Shown here piece after piece: positions 1 to 9,642 of a stretch of 64,000 bases of DNA. The stretch is from Chloroflexota bacterium (lineage in GTDB: Bacteria > Chloroflexota > Dehalococcoidia > GIF9 > AB-539-J10), in NCBI GenBank assembly GCA_013388845.1, contig JACAEN010000016.1, positions 21,898-85,897 on the forward strand, read 5' to 3'. Below the pieces are notes generated by a model. The model was not told the origin of the DNA. It worked only from the letters and a program-made list of their open reading frames with translations, and searched no databases. Positions within the stretch are counted from its first letter, which is position 1; every line of letters begins with the position of its first letter. The position numbers and the translations under genes were made by a program.

Positions 1-2
1 AA

Positions 3-1256
3 ATTTGCACTATCATACTTGGTCCGGCTGGCCCAGGATTCCTGGGAGCGCTGGGTGCCGAGGTTATTAAGTGCGAGTTGCCGCCCAGAGGAGACACAAT
101 GCGCCAGATGGTGCCCTTTGCCTACTTCTTCAGGGATCAGTCACTACCCATGATGCACAGTAATACTGACAAGTACTGGCTGGGCGTGGATTTACACAAA
201 CCGGAGGGACAGCAGATTTTCCGAGAACTGGCGGCTAAATCTGATATCGTGGAAGACAATTTCAGACCGGGCGTGCTGGAAAAATGGAACATAGGTTACC
301 GGCAGCTTAAGGAGATTAATCCGCATATTATCTATATCTCAAAGACCGGCTTTGGACAATGGGGGCAATATGCTGAAGAGAACAGGCCCTCTAACGATGG
401 TGGCGCCCAAGCATTTTCTGGCTATGCCTGGATGTCGAGTTTTCCCGGCCGACCGCCCCTGAAGAGTCGGTTGTATGTCTGTGACACCTTTGGTGCACTG
501 ATGGGTGAAGTGGCAGTGCTGGCAGCCCTTCATTATCGAGAAAGGACAGGCAAAGGACAGTTCATTGAATTGTCACAAACGGAGAATATCATGCGCGCAA
601 TGTCCTGGGTCTGGCCTTACCAGCAAATTACGGGCAAGGGCGCTATGCCGGCGGGGAACAGAGACGTGTCCATATGTCCTGCCGATACTTTCCGCTGCGC
701 TGATGATACCTTTGTAGCTATTGCAGCAGCGGCTCCAGAGGAGTTTAAGGGACTGTGTACCGCCATGGGCAAGCCAGAGCTAGCTGAAGACCCCCGATTT
801 AAAGACCACTTGGTCCGATTAAAGGAAGAAAATGCCACTGCTATTCTCAAGATTATTGCTGATTGGGTCAGAACCAAGAAACCTGAAGAGGTCGAGAAGT
901 TGGCTGAGGAGTACGGATTTGCGGCATCCCGCGTGTATACCAACAAGGACGTCGTAGAGGATACACAATTCCGCGAGCGAGATTTTATAACCACTATTGA
1001 CGATCCAGTGCTCGGTCCCTATGTTGAATATGAATTTCCAGTGATGATGTCCAAAAGCCCACCCAAAGTGAAGCGGGCTATGAGGCCGGTAGGCTTCGAC
1101 AACGAGTACATAATGAAATATATCCTAGGTAAAAGTGAAGACGAGATTAAGGAGTTGTATCGGTGTGGCGCCCTGGGCAAATGGGCGGACGTACAGGGAT
1201 GCCGACCTCCCCCCGAATGGGATGGCAAGGCCGGAGTGATTATGGCTAGGGAGTGA
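3..1256 (+). CDS. CoA-transferase family III (CaiB/BaiF), 5'-truncated by window edge
   Basis: Frame is open from base 3 (ICTIILGPAGPGFLGALGAEVIKCELP). Motifs DIVEDNFRPGVLEKWNIGY, SKTGFGQWG, catalytic-region CDT, GKGQFIELS. Confidence 0.9.
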   Translation: MCTIILGPAGPGFLGALGAEVIKCELPPRGDTMRQMVPFAYFFRDQSLPMMHSNTDKYWLGVDLHKPEGQQIFRELAAKSDIVEDNFRPGVLEKWNIGYRQLKEINPHIIYISKTGFGQWGQYAEENRPSNDGGAQAFSGYAWMSSFPGRPPLKSRLYVCDTFGALMGEVAVLAALHYRERTGKGQFIELSQTENIMRAMSWVWPYQQITGKGAMPAGNRDVSICPADTFRCADDTFVAIAAAAPEEFKGLCTAMGKPELAEDPRFKDHLVRLKEENATAILKIIADWVRTKKPEEVEKLAEEYGFAASRVYTNKDVVEDTQFRERDFITTIDDPVLGPYVEYEFPVMMSKSPPKVKRAMRPVGFDNEYIMKYILGKSEDEIKELYRCGALGKWADVQGCRPPPEWDGKAGVIMARE

Positions 1257-1306
1257 GCTTTGTTTTGTCAGCCGCAATTATAGAGACAGCCAGGTAATAA
1301 AGTAAG

Positions 1307-2638
1307 ATGGAACAGCAACGTTGGTCAGACTGGGTAAGGGAAAGGGACGATCCTCGGATTGCGCACACCAAGCCCGAGGCTTTGGATGACATAACTGTGT
1401 TAGATCTAAGCTACAAGAGTTTCGCGGGCTGCCTTTGTTCTTCGCTTTTAGCCGAGTTTGGGGCTGAAGTCGTGAGAATAGAACCTCCCAAGGGCGATTT
1501 CCTACGAACCTGCACACCGTACGGAATCCTATACAAGGGTGAAGGACTCAACTATCTAACCGAGGGCAGAAACAAGTTCCATATAACCCTTGACCTTAGT
1601 AAACCCGAAGGGAGGGAGATATTCAAAGAATTGGTGACGCATGCCGATGTGCTCATAGAGACCTACAGGCCAGGCACTATGGACGAATGGGGTATTGGCT
1701 ATGAACAACTGAAGCAAGTCAACCCTAGGTTGATATTTGCTTCCATAACAGGTTATGGACAGTTTGCAACTATGAGTCGGAGTCGGATGCCTGACTACGA
1801 TAGCATAGCTCAAGCTAGGTCGGGAGCACAATCGGCTACGGGGGAAATGTTGCCTGAGGGAAAGAGCTATGATGAGTGTCCTTGGGCAGTTCCTACCAAG
1901 GCTGGGCCCTGGATAGCCTGGTCTACAGCGGGGACATTTATGGCAGCAGGCATTCTGGCTACCTTGCATTGGAGAGGAATAACGGGAGAGGGGCAAGCCT
2001 TGGATGTGGCTACGGCTGAGGCTTATGCCCGTTTCGATGATTACGCGACGCTCTGGTATCAGGGAGCTGGCGTTGTTGCCGAGCGCTTTGGCAGCCTGGA
2101 CATCGCCGGCTGGCTGTATTGCTTCGCACCGACCAAGGATGGCGCTGTTTTCTTAGGCGGCTTAAGGTTGGAAATGTGGCAAGCTTTTGCTGACATGCTA
2201 GGAAAATGGGATGAGTGGGGTGCTGCCGAATGGAAAAGCATGGCGCCTTTTACGCAGAAAGAAGAGCAATTGAAATGGTCCTCTTTGGTCTTTGAGGAAA
2301 CGCGTAAGTACACCAACGAAGAACTCGTAAAAATGGCCGTGGAATATGGCAAGAAGGGGCGCCTGGCGCCGATTACTCCGGTGGTAGCACCAGTGTGCTC
2401 TCCTGAAGAGGCTATGAAAGATGCCAACTGGTTGGATAGAGGCATCTTTATGCCGATTCAAGACCCTATCTACGGCGAGCTTATCGTAGCTCAGGCACAA
2501 CACAAGATGACCGAAACTCCCATACGGACAAAGTGGGTATGCCGACCGGTAGGCTATGATAATCAGCATATCTATCTCAAGTATCTAGGGTGGGGACCCT
2601 CTAAGCTCAAGAAGCTGAAACGGAAAGGGATAATTTAG
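1307..2638 (+). CDS. CoA-transferase family III, second subunit
   Basis: LAEFGAEVVRIEPPKGD, DVLIETYRPGTMDEWGIGY, ITGYGQ motifs. Confidence 0.9.
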   Translation: MEQQRWSDWVRERDDPRIAHTKPEALDDITVLDLSYKSFAGCLCSSLLAEFGAEVVRIEPPKGDFLRTCTPYGILYKGEGLNYLTEGRNKFHITLDLSKPEGREIFKELVTHADVLIETYRPGTMDEWGIGYEQLKQVNPRLIFASITGYGQFATMSRSRMPDYDSIAQARSGAQSATGEMLPEGKSYDECPWAVPTKAGPWIAWSTAGTFMAAGILATLHWRGITGEGQALDVATAEAYARFDDYATLWYQGAGVVAERFGSLDIAGWLYCFAPTKDGAVFLGGLRLEMWQAFADMLGKWDEWGAAEWKSMAPFTQKEEQLKWSSLVFEETRKYTNEELVKMAVEYGKKGRLAPITPVVAPVCSPEEAMKDANWLDRGIFMPIQDPIYGELIVAQAQHKMTETPIRTKWVCRPVGYDNQHIYLKYLGWGPSKLKKLKRKGII

Positions 2639-2901
2639 AAGTTGCTCTGCAAGCTGAATTCTTGGCTAAAAGCGATAGTTAAATCTTATCAGCATCTCCT
2701 CCCAGCATTATTTATCTTCAGCGGTTAACCCCCCTTGAACTCTGCCCTCTCATATCGGAAAAATCTCTGGTTTCCCTAAATTAGGTATTTTAAATTATAA
2801 TTGGTGGAAATCGAAGGGAAATGAAAGCATCCTCATTAATTGAACAAGGAATCAAAAGAGAACAGCCTTGTAACCAACGTAGTGGAGAAGGCGAGAGCAC
2901 C

Positions 2902-4170
2902 ATGCCGCGCTATTTTATTTGGACCATTGGCTGCCAGATGAATAAGGCTGAATCCCAACGCATAGCTGGCTATCTGGATGCTGCTGGACATCAGGCAACA
3001 ACTTCTTTTTCCCATGCCGATTTAGTGATTCTCAATACATGTGTGGTAAGGCAAAGCGCTGAAAATAAGGTCTCGGGCACCTTGGGTTTATTAAAAGGGC
3101 TGAGGAATAAGCACCCCAATCTCCGCATACTTGTTACTGGATGCCTAGTCAATGCCGACACCCAAGAATTGAGGAGGCGATTTCCCTACGTTGACCTTTG
3201 GTTTAAGCCTGGTGACTACTCTGAATTAATCTCTTGGAGTCAGAAGCGAGGCATTCCCATAAAGCAAGGGGTAAACCTGCCTAGGGCTTTTTCACCATGT
3301 GCTCTTATCCCCATCATCCAGGGCTGTGATAATTTTTGCTCATATTGCATTGTCCCTTACAGAAGGGGAAGAGAGGTGAGTCGCCCTCTAGGGGAAATAG
3401 TCTGTGAAGCGGAGGAGCTAGTCAGACGCGGCGCAAAAGAGGTGACTTTGCTGGGGCAGAATGTTGATTCCTATGGACACGATCTGCCTGGGCATCCTGA
3501 CCTTGCTGATTTATTGAATGAATTAAGCAATATAGATGACCTTCTCAGGATTCGCTTTCTGACAAATCATCCCAAAGACATAACCTTGAAGCTGATTGAG
3601 ACTATGGCTTCCCTAGACAAAGTCTGTGAACATCTAGAGCTACCTGTTCAAGCCGGTGATGACGATATATTGCGGGCTATGAGGCGAGGGTATACTGTGG
3701 AACGATATAGAGAGCTTGTGCACACCATTCGCCGCAAGATCCCTCAAATATCTCTGAGCACAGATATAATCGTGGGGTTTCCTGGAGAAACGGAAGAACA
3801 GTTTGAGCGCAGCTTCACTCTAGTCCGGGAGACGAGGTTTGATGTTATTCATGTGGCAGCTTATTCGCCTCGCCCGGGCACGATTGCCTGGCGGGAATAT
3901 CAAGATAACATTCCTTCAGACATAAAGAAGGAAAGGCTCCATAAAATTGAAGAGCTTCAGACAGCTATAGCTAGCGAGATTAATTCACAACTTCAAGGCA
4001 AGCAGGTGGAGGTGCTGGTAGAAGGCAGGAAGAGGGAGAAATGGTTCGGACGCACCCGGAGCAACAAGCTGGTATTCTTTGAAGACGCTGGCGACTGGCT
4101 GGGCCAGTTAGCCAGAGTCCAGATTGAGAAAACAAGTCCCTGGTCACTGATAGGCAAAGTCAAAAAATAA
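2902..4170 (+). CDS. miaB: tRNA-2-methylthio-N6-dimethylallyladenosine synthase
   Basis: TIGCQMN UPF0004 N-terminus, GCDNFCSYCIVPY radical SAM motif, DIIVGFPGET, C-terminal TRAM domain. Start placed at MPRYFIW. Confidence 0.93.
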   Translation: MPRYFIWTIGCQMNKAESQRIAGYLDAAGHQATTSFSHADLVILNTCVVRQSAENKVSGTLGLLKGLRNKHPNLRILVTGCLVNADTQELRRRFPYVDLWFKPGDYSELISWSQKRGIPIKQGVNLPRAFSPCALIPIIQGCDNFCSYCIVPYRRGREVSRPLGEIVCEAEELVRRGAKEVTLLGQNVDSYGHDLPGHPDLADLLNELSNIDDLLRIRFLTNHPKDITLKLIETMASLDKVCEHLELPVQAGDDDILRAMRRGYTVERYRELVHTIRRKIPQISLSTDIIVGFPGETEEQFERSFTLVRETRFDVIHVAAYSPRPGTIAWREYQDNIPSDIKKERLHKIEELQTAIASEINSQLQGKQVEVLVEGRKREKWFGRTRSNKLVFFEDAGDWLGQLARVQIEKTSPWSLIGKVKK

Positions 4171-4189
4171 CTAGAGCAAAGGAGGACAT

Positions 4190-4477
4190 ATGGACCAAAC
4201 ATGGGTAATGCTTATCTTTTTGGTAGCGCTTTTTGCCATTATGTATTTCTTGATGATCAGACCGAGGCAGAAGCAACAAAAACAACATGAGGAGATGATG
4301 AAGCAACTAAGAGTGGGGGACAACGTGATTATAGCTGGGGGAATCTACGGACAAATTGAAAGGCTTGGCGAAGACACCGTAATTCTCAAGCTGGAATCAG
4401 GAGCAACAATGAGGGTTGCCAGAAGCAGCATACTCGGCAAACAAGAGGTTGAGGAAAGTAGTAAGGGAATATTCTGA
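4190..4477 (+). CDS. yajC: Preprotein translocase subunit YajC
   Basis: N-terminal TM, MYFLMIRPRQKQQK, L-x-VGD-x-V-x-x-x-GGIYG. Confidence 0.93.
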   Translation: MDQTWVMLIFLVALFAIMYFLMIRPRQKQQKQHEEMMKQLRVGDNVIIAGGIYGQIERLGEDTVILKLESGATMRVARSSILGKQEVEESSKGIF

Positions 4478-4608
4478 CATCGGAAACTTGAGACACAAGG
4501 TGGTTACCAGCAGACAAGTCGGGAATGTGATGCATTTTTGAAACCTGTTCAGCCTTTGTGAAGCCTTGCCTCTGTGTTTCCCTCTCAGCGAAGGGGGTGG
4601 TAGAGTAA

Positions 4609-6159
4609 ATGAACCACTATGACTATATTATAGTTGGCAGCGGTATTGCTGGGCTTTATGTTGCCCTGCTCGCTATAAAGCGGGGTAGTGTCCTTATCTT
4701 GACTAAGGGGAGCATAGATGACTGTAACACCAAATATGCTCAAGGCGGTATCGCTGTGGCTATGGGCAAGGATGATTCTCCTGAACTTCATTTCCGGGAT
4801 ACCATGGCCGCTGGAGATGGCTTGTGCGATGCTGAAGCAGTGCGCATTCTGACTGAGGAAGCGGCTGATTGCATCGCTGATTTAATCAAATTTGGAGTGC
4901 CCTTTGACACTCTGAATGGTGAAATTACCTTGACCAGGGAGGCAGCTCATAGCGTCCCGCGTATTATGCATGCCGGTGGGGACGCCACCGGGGAGCATAT
5001 TGAGGTTACCTTGAGTCGCCATGTGCGCTCCAGTCATATCAAAGTCCTGGAAAATTGCCTGGCTAGCAAAATTTTGGTTAAGAACGGCCAGGTCACCGGT
5101 GTGAAGTCTCTTGATTGCCACACGGGCTCTATAGAGGAGTATGGTTGCCGATTTCTTATCCTGGCTACTGGCGGCGCTGGGAGGTTATATAAATATACCA
5201 CTAACTCCGATGTGGTTACTGGTGATGGGATAGCTCTGGCTTTTGAAGCTGGCGCTGAAATAAGCGACATAGAATTCTTCCAGTTTCATCCCACTGTTCT
5301 TCGCCTGCCCGGAGTAGCTCCTTTCCTGATCTCGGAAGCGGTCAGGGGGGAAGGCGGCATACTCAGGAATGTGGAAGGCCATCGCTTTATGCCCGATTAT
5401 GTTGCCGAGGCTGACCTGGCGCCGAGGGACATAGTAGCTCGCAGTATCGTCTACGAAATGCAGAAAACACACAGCGATAGAGTTTTCCTGGACGTTACCC
5501 ACCTGCCACCGCGGTTGATTACCACTCGTTTTCCCCACATATATCGCTTTTGTCGGGAGCATGGTCTGGATATTACCAAAGGACTTATCCCGGTCGCCCC
5601 CGCCGCCCATTACCTTATGGGAGGGGTGAAGGTCAATACTTGGGGGGAGACAAATATCCCGGGGCTATTTGCTGCTGGCGAGATCGCCTGCACTGGAGTG
5701 CATGGTGCTAACCGACTGGCCTCAAATTCTCTGCTTGAATCTGTTGTTTTCAGCAAGAGGGTGGTGCAGAGAACTGAGATGCCTACTTCTCCTCGTCATT
5801 GCGAGGATCGGCGCGACGAAGCAATCTCCTATTGCCTCCCCGATAGAGAGGTACTACCCAAGGCCCCATCGCTTAATCTGCCCAACTTGCAGTCCCTTAT
5901 GTGGGACAAAGTAGGAATCGTTCGTTCTGGCAAGGGCCTCAAGGAGGCGGCAAATATTTTAGCCACCTGGGAAAAGCTCCTGCCCCAACCCACTGACCGC
6001 CCTTCCTATGAACTAAGCAACCTAGTATTATGCGCCAGGCTTGTGACTGAGGCTGCTTTGCTGCGCGAAGAAAGCCGGGGCGCTCACTTCCGCACAGATT
6101 TTCCACAGGCTTCGCCGGAATGGCAACGGCATATCGTTTTTAGGAAAAATGTCAAGTAA
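4609..6159 (+). CDS. nadB: L-aspartate oxidase
   Basis: GSGIAG FAD motif, AQGGIA, EAAHS, QFHPT, GVHGANRLASNSLLE, ESRGAHFRTD. Adjacent to nadC. Confidence 0.95.
   Translation: MNHYDYIIVGSGIAGLYVALLAIKRGSVLILTKGSIDDCNTKYAQGGIAVAMGKDDSPELHFRDTMAAGDGLCDAEAVRILTEEAADCIADLIKFGVPFDTLNGEITLTREAAHSVPRIMHAGGDATGEHIEVTLSRHVRSSHIKVLENCLASKILVKNGQVTGVKSLDCHTGSIEEYGCRFLILATGGAGRLYKYTTNSDVVTGDGIALAFEAGAEISDIEFFQFHPTVLRLPGVAPFLISEAVRGEGGILRNVEGHRFMPDYVAEADLAPRDIVARSIVYEMQKTHSDRVFLDVTHLPPRLITTRFPHIYRFCREHGLDITKGLIPVAPAAHYLMGGVKVNTWGETNIPGLFAAGEIACTGVHGANRLASNSLLESVVFSKRVVQRTEMPTSPRHCEDRRDEAISYCLPDREVLPKAPSLNLPNLQSLMWDKVGIVRSGKGLKEAANILATWEKLLPQPTDRPSYELSNLVLCARLVTEAALLREESRGAHFRTDFPQASPEWQRHIVFRKNVK
5794..5828. 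repeat. REP-like palindrome type I (GTCATTGCGAG...GAAGCAATCTC) in frame inside nadB
   Basis: cgtcattgcgaggatcggcgcgacgaagcaatctc matches intergenic copies at 9609, 12215, 18933 and 21874. Translates RHCEDRRDEAIS. Confidence 0.85.
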
Positions 6160-7000
6160 GGTCCAGATTGAAGAAATTATCGACCGCGCCTTAGCTGAGG
6201 ACCTTGGTAGAGGCGATGTCACCACTGACTCCTTGATACATCGTGACCAGCAAGGGACTGGCTTTATCGTGGCTAAGAAGGAAGGCATCCTAGCCGGTAT
6301 AAAAATAGCCAAAGAGGTCTTCCATCGAGTGGATCCAGAGTTAGAGGTGGAGATTCTTCAAGAAGATGGCGCTAGAGTCAAGCCGGGCAATAAAATAGCC
6401 AGAGTCTCAGGCAGCGTTGCCAGCATTCTTAAGGCAGAGAGGGTCGCCCTCAATTTTCTCCAGCGATTGAGTGGCATTGCCTCGGAGACCAATCGCTACG
6501 TGAAAAGCGTTGAAGGATTGCCCGTACGCATCATGGATACTAGAAAAACCACGCCGGGCTTAAGGTCTCTGGAAAAGTATGCTGTCCGCGTCGGTGGTGG
6601 CCAAAATCACCGCATGGATTTGGGCGATGGCATACTTATTAAGGACAATCACTTGGTGGCGCTCCGCAGCCAGGGATTGAATATCAAAGAGATTATAGCC
6701 AAAGCCAGACAAAATGCTCCACAGCGGCTGACAGTCGAGGTGGAGGTCAGGACCGTGTCAGAAGCTTTGGAAGCCGTGGAAGCTGGAGCTGATATCGTCA
6801 TGCTGGACAATATGAATCTCAAGGATATGCGTAAGGCGGTAAAATCCATCCGTGGCCGTGCTTTGGTTGAAGCCTCGGGGGGAATTACACTGGATAATGT
6901 TCGGGCTGTAGCTGAAACCGGCGTGGATTTTATCTCCGTCGGTGCCCTTACTCACTCCACCCGGGCTCTAGATATCAGCCTTGAGCTTGAATTTCCATGA
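6149..7000 (+). CDS. nadC: Nicotinate-nucleotide pyrophosphorylase (quinolinate phosphoribosyltransferase)
   Basis: EDLGRGDVTT, DTRKTTPGLR, HRMDL, IKDNH, EASGGI, ISVGALTHS. Confidence 0.96.
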   Translation: MSSKVQIEEIIDRALAEDLGRGDVTTDSLIHRDQQGTGFIVAKKEGILAGIKIAKEVFHRVDPELEVEILQEDGARVKPGNKIARVSGSVASILKAERVALNFLQRLSGIASETNRYVKSVEGLPVRIMDTRKTTPGLRSLEKYAVRVGGGQNHRMDLGDGILIKDNHLVALRSQGLNIKEIIAKARQNAPQRLTVEVEVRTVSEALEAVEAGADIVMLDNMNLKDMRKAVKSIRGRALVEASGGITLDNVRAVAETGVDFISVGALTHSTRALDISLELEFP

Positions 7001-7107
7001 TTAATAAGTGGTAGATAAGACAGGGATAACAAATGAACTTATTCCTGCTGTCACAGGTTTCAGTGTATAAGCCTACGACCAGTTGCCGCAATAATCTACA
7101 GTAGTCT

Positions 7108-7404
7108 TTAACCTCTCAAGGCTTTCCTTAAAGCTCCCTTGGGGTCGTTGACCACTAGCACGATTTCCCACACGAAGAGGGCGAAAACGATTACCGCAAC
7201 CCCCAGCAATGTGGCATCTAGATTTATTTCGAGAAACTCTCCCCCTTCGGTTACATAGGCCATCACGTGGTCAACTAACCACATGAGTGTTGCCCCCCAG
7301 AAAAACAAGCTCAACAAGCCCAACTTATATTTGTCTTCTGGAGCCTTTACATACCATATCGCCGTTGCGATTACTCCGGCCAGCGCCGTCATTATAAGCC
7401 ACAT
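7108..7404 (-). CDS. Hypothetical small membrane protein (3 TM)
   Basis: Hydrophobic segments with WGATLMWLVDH motif. Coupled to the upstream paralog-like ORF. Confidence 0.75.
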   Translation of the reverse strand: MWLIMTALAGVIATAIWYVKAPEDKYKLGLLSLFFWGATLMWLVDHVMAYVTEGGEFLEINLDATLLGVAVIVFALFVWEIVLVVNDPKGALRKALRG

Positions 7405-7805
7405 TAGACACCTCCCCTCACAAGGCTCTCCTTTACTTTGGGCATAGCGGCCTTAGCCTTCAGTTCAGCAACCAAAATCATTATTCCCCAGATGGCGGTT
7501 ACGGTTATAGCCATAGCCACGCCGATCGTCGCCATCTCACGAAGCATCGGACCTACGTCTGCCGGATTTTCCATTGCCGTCAAAAAAGGTGGCCAGGGGA
7601 CCACTTCTCCATGCCATACATGCTCCAATGCCAGCAGTGCAGTCCCACCCCACAATAGCTTATTGAGCCAGCTTAACCTCTGGCTCCAGCTTAACCCTAC
7701 TTTTTTAGTCCTTTCACCACCAACCTTCTTCTCTTTGTTCTCCACAACTTTCTGCACAACCGTGGTCACAATCGCCTCTCCCATTGGTACCAGAAAACAT
7801 GCCAT
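7404..7805 (-). CDS. Hypothetical membrane protein (MACFLVP N-terminus)
   Basis: AGGAGG RBS upstream, LWGGTALLALEHVWHGE motif, TM segments. Confidence 0.75.
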   Translation of the reverse strand: MACFLVPMGEAIVTTVVQKVVENKEKKVGGERTKKVGLSWSQRLSWLNKLLWGGTALLALEHVWHGEVVPWPPFLTAMENPADVGPMLREMATIGVAMAITVTAIWGIMILVAELKAKAAMPKVKESLVRGGV

Positions 7806-7914
7806 GTCTTTTCACCTCCTTACTGTATTTTCTAAGTGCTCAGGCGACTCTATACGCATGATATAGACTCTACGACATTTCTCACCCCCTGAATGTGCTG
7901 CAAGTGAATGCTGT

Positions 7915-7928
7915 TGCAATAAATTGCA
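7915..7928. promoter_or_regulatory. Candidate Fur-family operator TGCAAT-N2-ATTGCA
   Basis: Palindrome tgcaataaattgca upstream of the membrane-protein pair. Same motif at 11273 and, with mismatches, at 12179. Confidence 0.55.
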
Positions 7929-7977
7929 GCACAAATTAAAAAAATTGTCAATGTTTCAGAATTCATTACTTTAACCA

Positions 7978-8577
7978 TCAGCGCGCTATTTTCTCAGCAA
8001 TAACCAGATACCGCCCCGGGTTATCCTCAAAGCGGGTTATCTTCAATCCTGCCTGCTTTATCAGCCCTTTAAGCTGAGATTCGTCGGGTAGAAGGTCACT
8101 GGCAACTATGCCACCAATGGATTGATGAAGCTGATTAAGCATCTCCCGGCTCATAGTGTGGCAGATGACCAGCCTGCCATTATTCTTGAGCACCCTGGCT
8201 ATTTCCTTTACTGCCCTGACCTTGTCGTTGAAATGAGGAAAGACACTGTTGCATATAGCCAGGTCCACAGAATTATCAGCCAGGGGAATAGCGAGAACGT
8301 CAGCTTGAGCGAAATGAACGATGGGTGGGAAGTCTTTGGCTTTGGCCTGACCCAGCATCTCCGCTGAAAAATCCAGCGCGACAATTTTTCCTTCACCACC
8401 GAGCTCCGCGATCAGAAAAGGTAAAAGGGCACCCGTACCGCTGCCAATATCCAGCACATGATATCCAGGTTCGATGCCCAGTTCCTTCACGATGTTGCTC
8501 AGACACTCCAATTTTTTCGAGGTAAGCTCTTTATCCCAGGTCGGGGCTAGTTGGTCGAAATACTCTCGAAGCCGCAT
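7978..8577 (-). CDS. Class I SAM-dependent methyltransferase
   Basis: VLDIGSGTG motif I, ALDFSAEML, ADVLAIPL. Start placed at MRLREYF just after the permease stop. Confidence 0.85.
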   Translation of the reverse strand: MRLREYFDQLAPTWDKELTSKKLECLSNIVKELGIEPGYHVLDIGSGTGALLPFLIAELGGEGKIVALDFSAEMLGQAKAKDFPPIVHFAQADVLAIPLADNSVDLAICNSVFPHFNDKVRAVKEIARVLKNNGRLVICHTMSREMLNQLHQSIGGIVASDLLPDESQLKGLIKQAGLKITRFEDNPGRYLVIAEKIAR

Positions 8578-8579
8578 GG

Positions 8580-9419
8580 CTAACCTGCCAGTTGAATTTG
8601 CTGCCATCCCTTCACTTTTCTCTTAGGCGAAAATGCTGTGGCCAGACCGAAGATAATAGCGGAAGTTATCACTATGGAAGCACCTGAGGGAATGTCCAGC
8701 AAATATGAGGCTGCCAGTCCAGCCCAGCAAGAAATAACACCAAAAGCCACAGCTATAAGGAGCATCCGCTTCAAGCTATAAGTAAGTTGATAGGCGGCAG
8801 CAGAGGGATTGAGAATAAGGCTATAAATAAGCAAGCCACCAATACTTTGCAGCGAGGCAGTTACAGTCACCCCGGTGGAAAACAACAAGCCGTAGAAAAT
8901 GGCTGTGGCTGGTATGCCCACGGCTAGAGCTACCTGCCGATGGCAAATCACGGCTTGGATTTCCTTATAGAAAACGAGCACTAGCCCACCTATCACGCCT
9001 GTTATGGCAGCTAAGAAGATGATGTCCTGTCGCGTAACGGTCAATATACTCCCCCAGAACAGGTTTAAGGCTTCCGTCCTAGCCCCAGGCATCAGTCCCA
9101 TGAACAGGAAGGCCAATCCCAGCATCAATGAGAAAACAATACCTATGGAAGTATCGGGATTTAACTCCCCACGGTCGGCTATGGGTCCGATAATAGCCGC
9201 CGAGGCCAGGCTAAAGAGCAAGGCACCAATCAAGGGGTTAAACCCCAGCCAGAGACCCAAGAGCGCTCCGGCAAAAGCAGCGTGGGCAATACACACGCCA
9301 ATAAAGGAGAGATGCATGGTAACCACGAACACGCCTACCATAGAACAGGTTATGCCACCAAATAACCCAGCCAGAATGGCATTTTGCATGAAGTGGTATT
9401 GTAGAATAGACAAATCCAT
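8580..9419 (-). CDS. Metal ABC transporter permease (ZnuB/MntB family)
   Basis: MQNAILAG, HAAFAG, LFWGSILTV, IGGLLIYSLILNP. Multiple TMs. Confidence 0.9.
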   Translation of the reverse strand: MDLSILQYHFMQNAILAGLFGGITCSMVGVFVVTMHLSFIGVCIAHAAFAGALLGLWLGFNPLIGALLFSLASAAIIGPIADRGELNPDTSIGIVFSLMLGLAFLFMGLMPGARTEALNLFWGSILTVTRQDIIFLAAITGVIGGLVLVFYKEIQAVICHRQVALAVGIPATAIFYGLLFSTGVTVTASLQSIGGLLIYSLILNPSAAAYQLTYSLKRMLLIAVAFGVISCWAGLAASYLLDIPSGASIVITSAIIFGLATAFSPKRKVKGWQQIQLAG

Positions 9420-9550
9420 ATCGTCTTTACCTTAACTCCCCCTAGAAATTCTAAGAATCTTCAGGGAACCATTAATCCTCTCCCGTCAAGGCAGATAAGC
9501 TACTGAGACCGAAGCCTTGCATTACAATGTCAATAACCATCTCCTTTACC

Positions 9551-9642
9551 GAGATTGCCACGCCCCGACCCCGATTCATCGGGGGCTCGCAATGACACTC
9601 TCTCGTTTGTCATTGCGAGGAGTGAAGCGACGAAGCAATCTC
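9551..9642. repeat. Inverted doublet of REP-like type I elements (9551-9596 and 9609-9642)
   Basis: gagattgccacg...ctcgcaatgac, a 12-nt spacer, then gtcattgcgagg...gaagcaatctc. The left copy contains ccccgattcatcgggg. The right copy supplies the ATPase stop codon. Confidence 0.88.
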
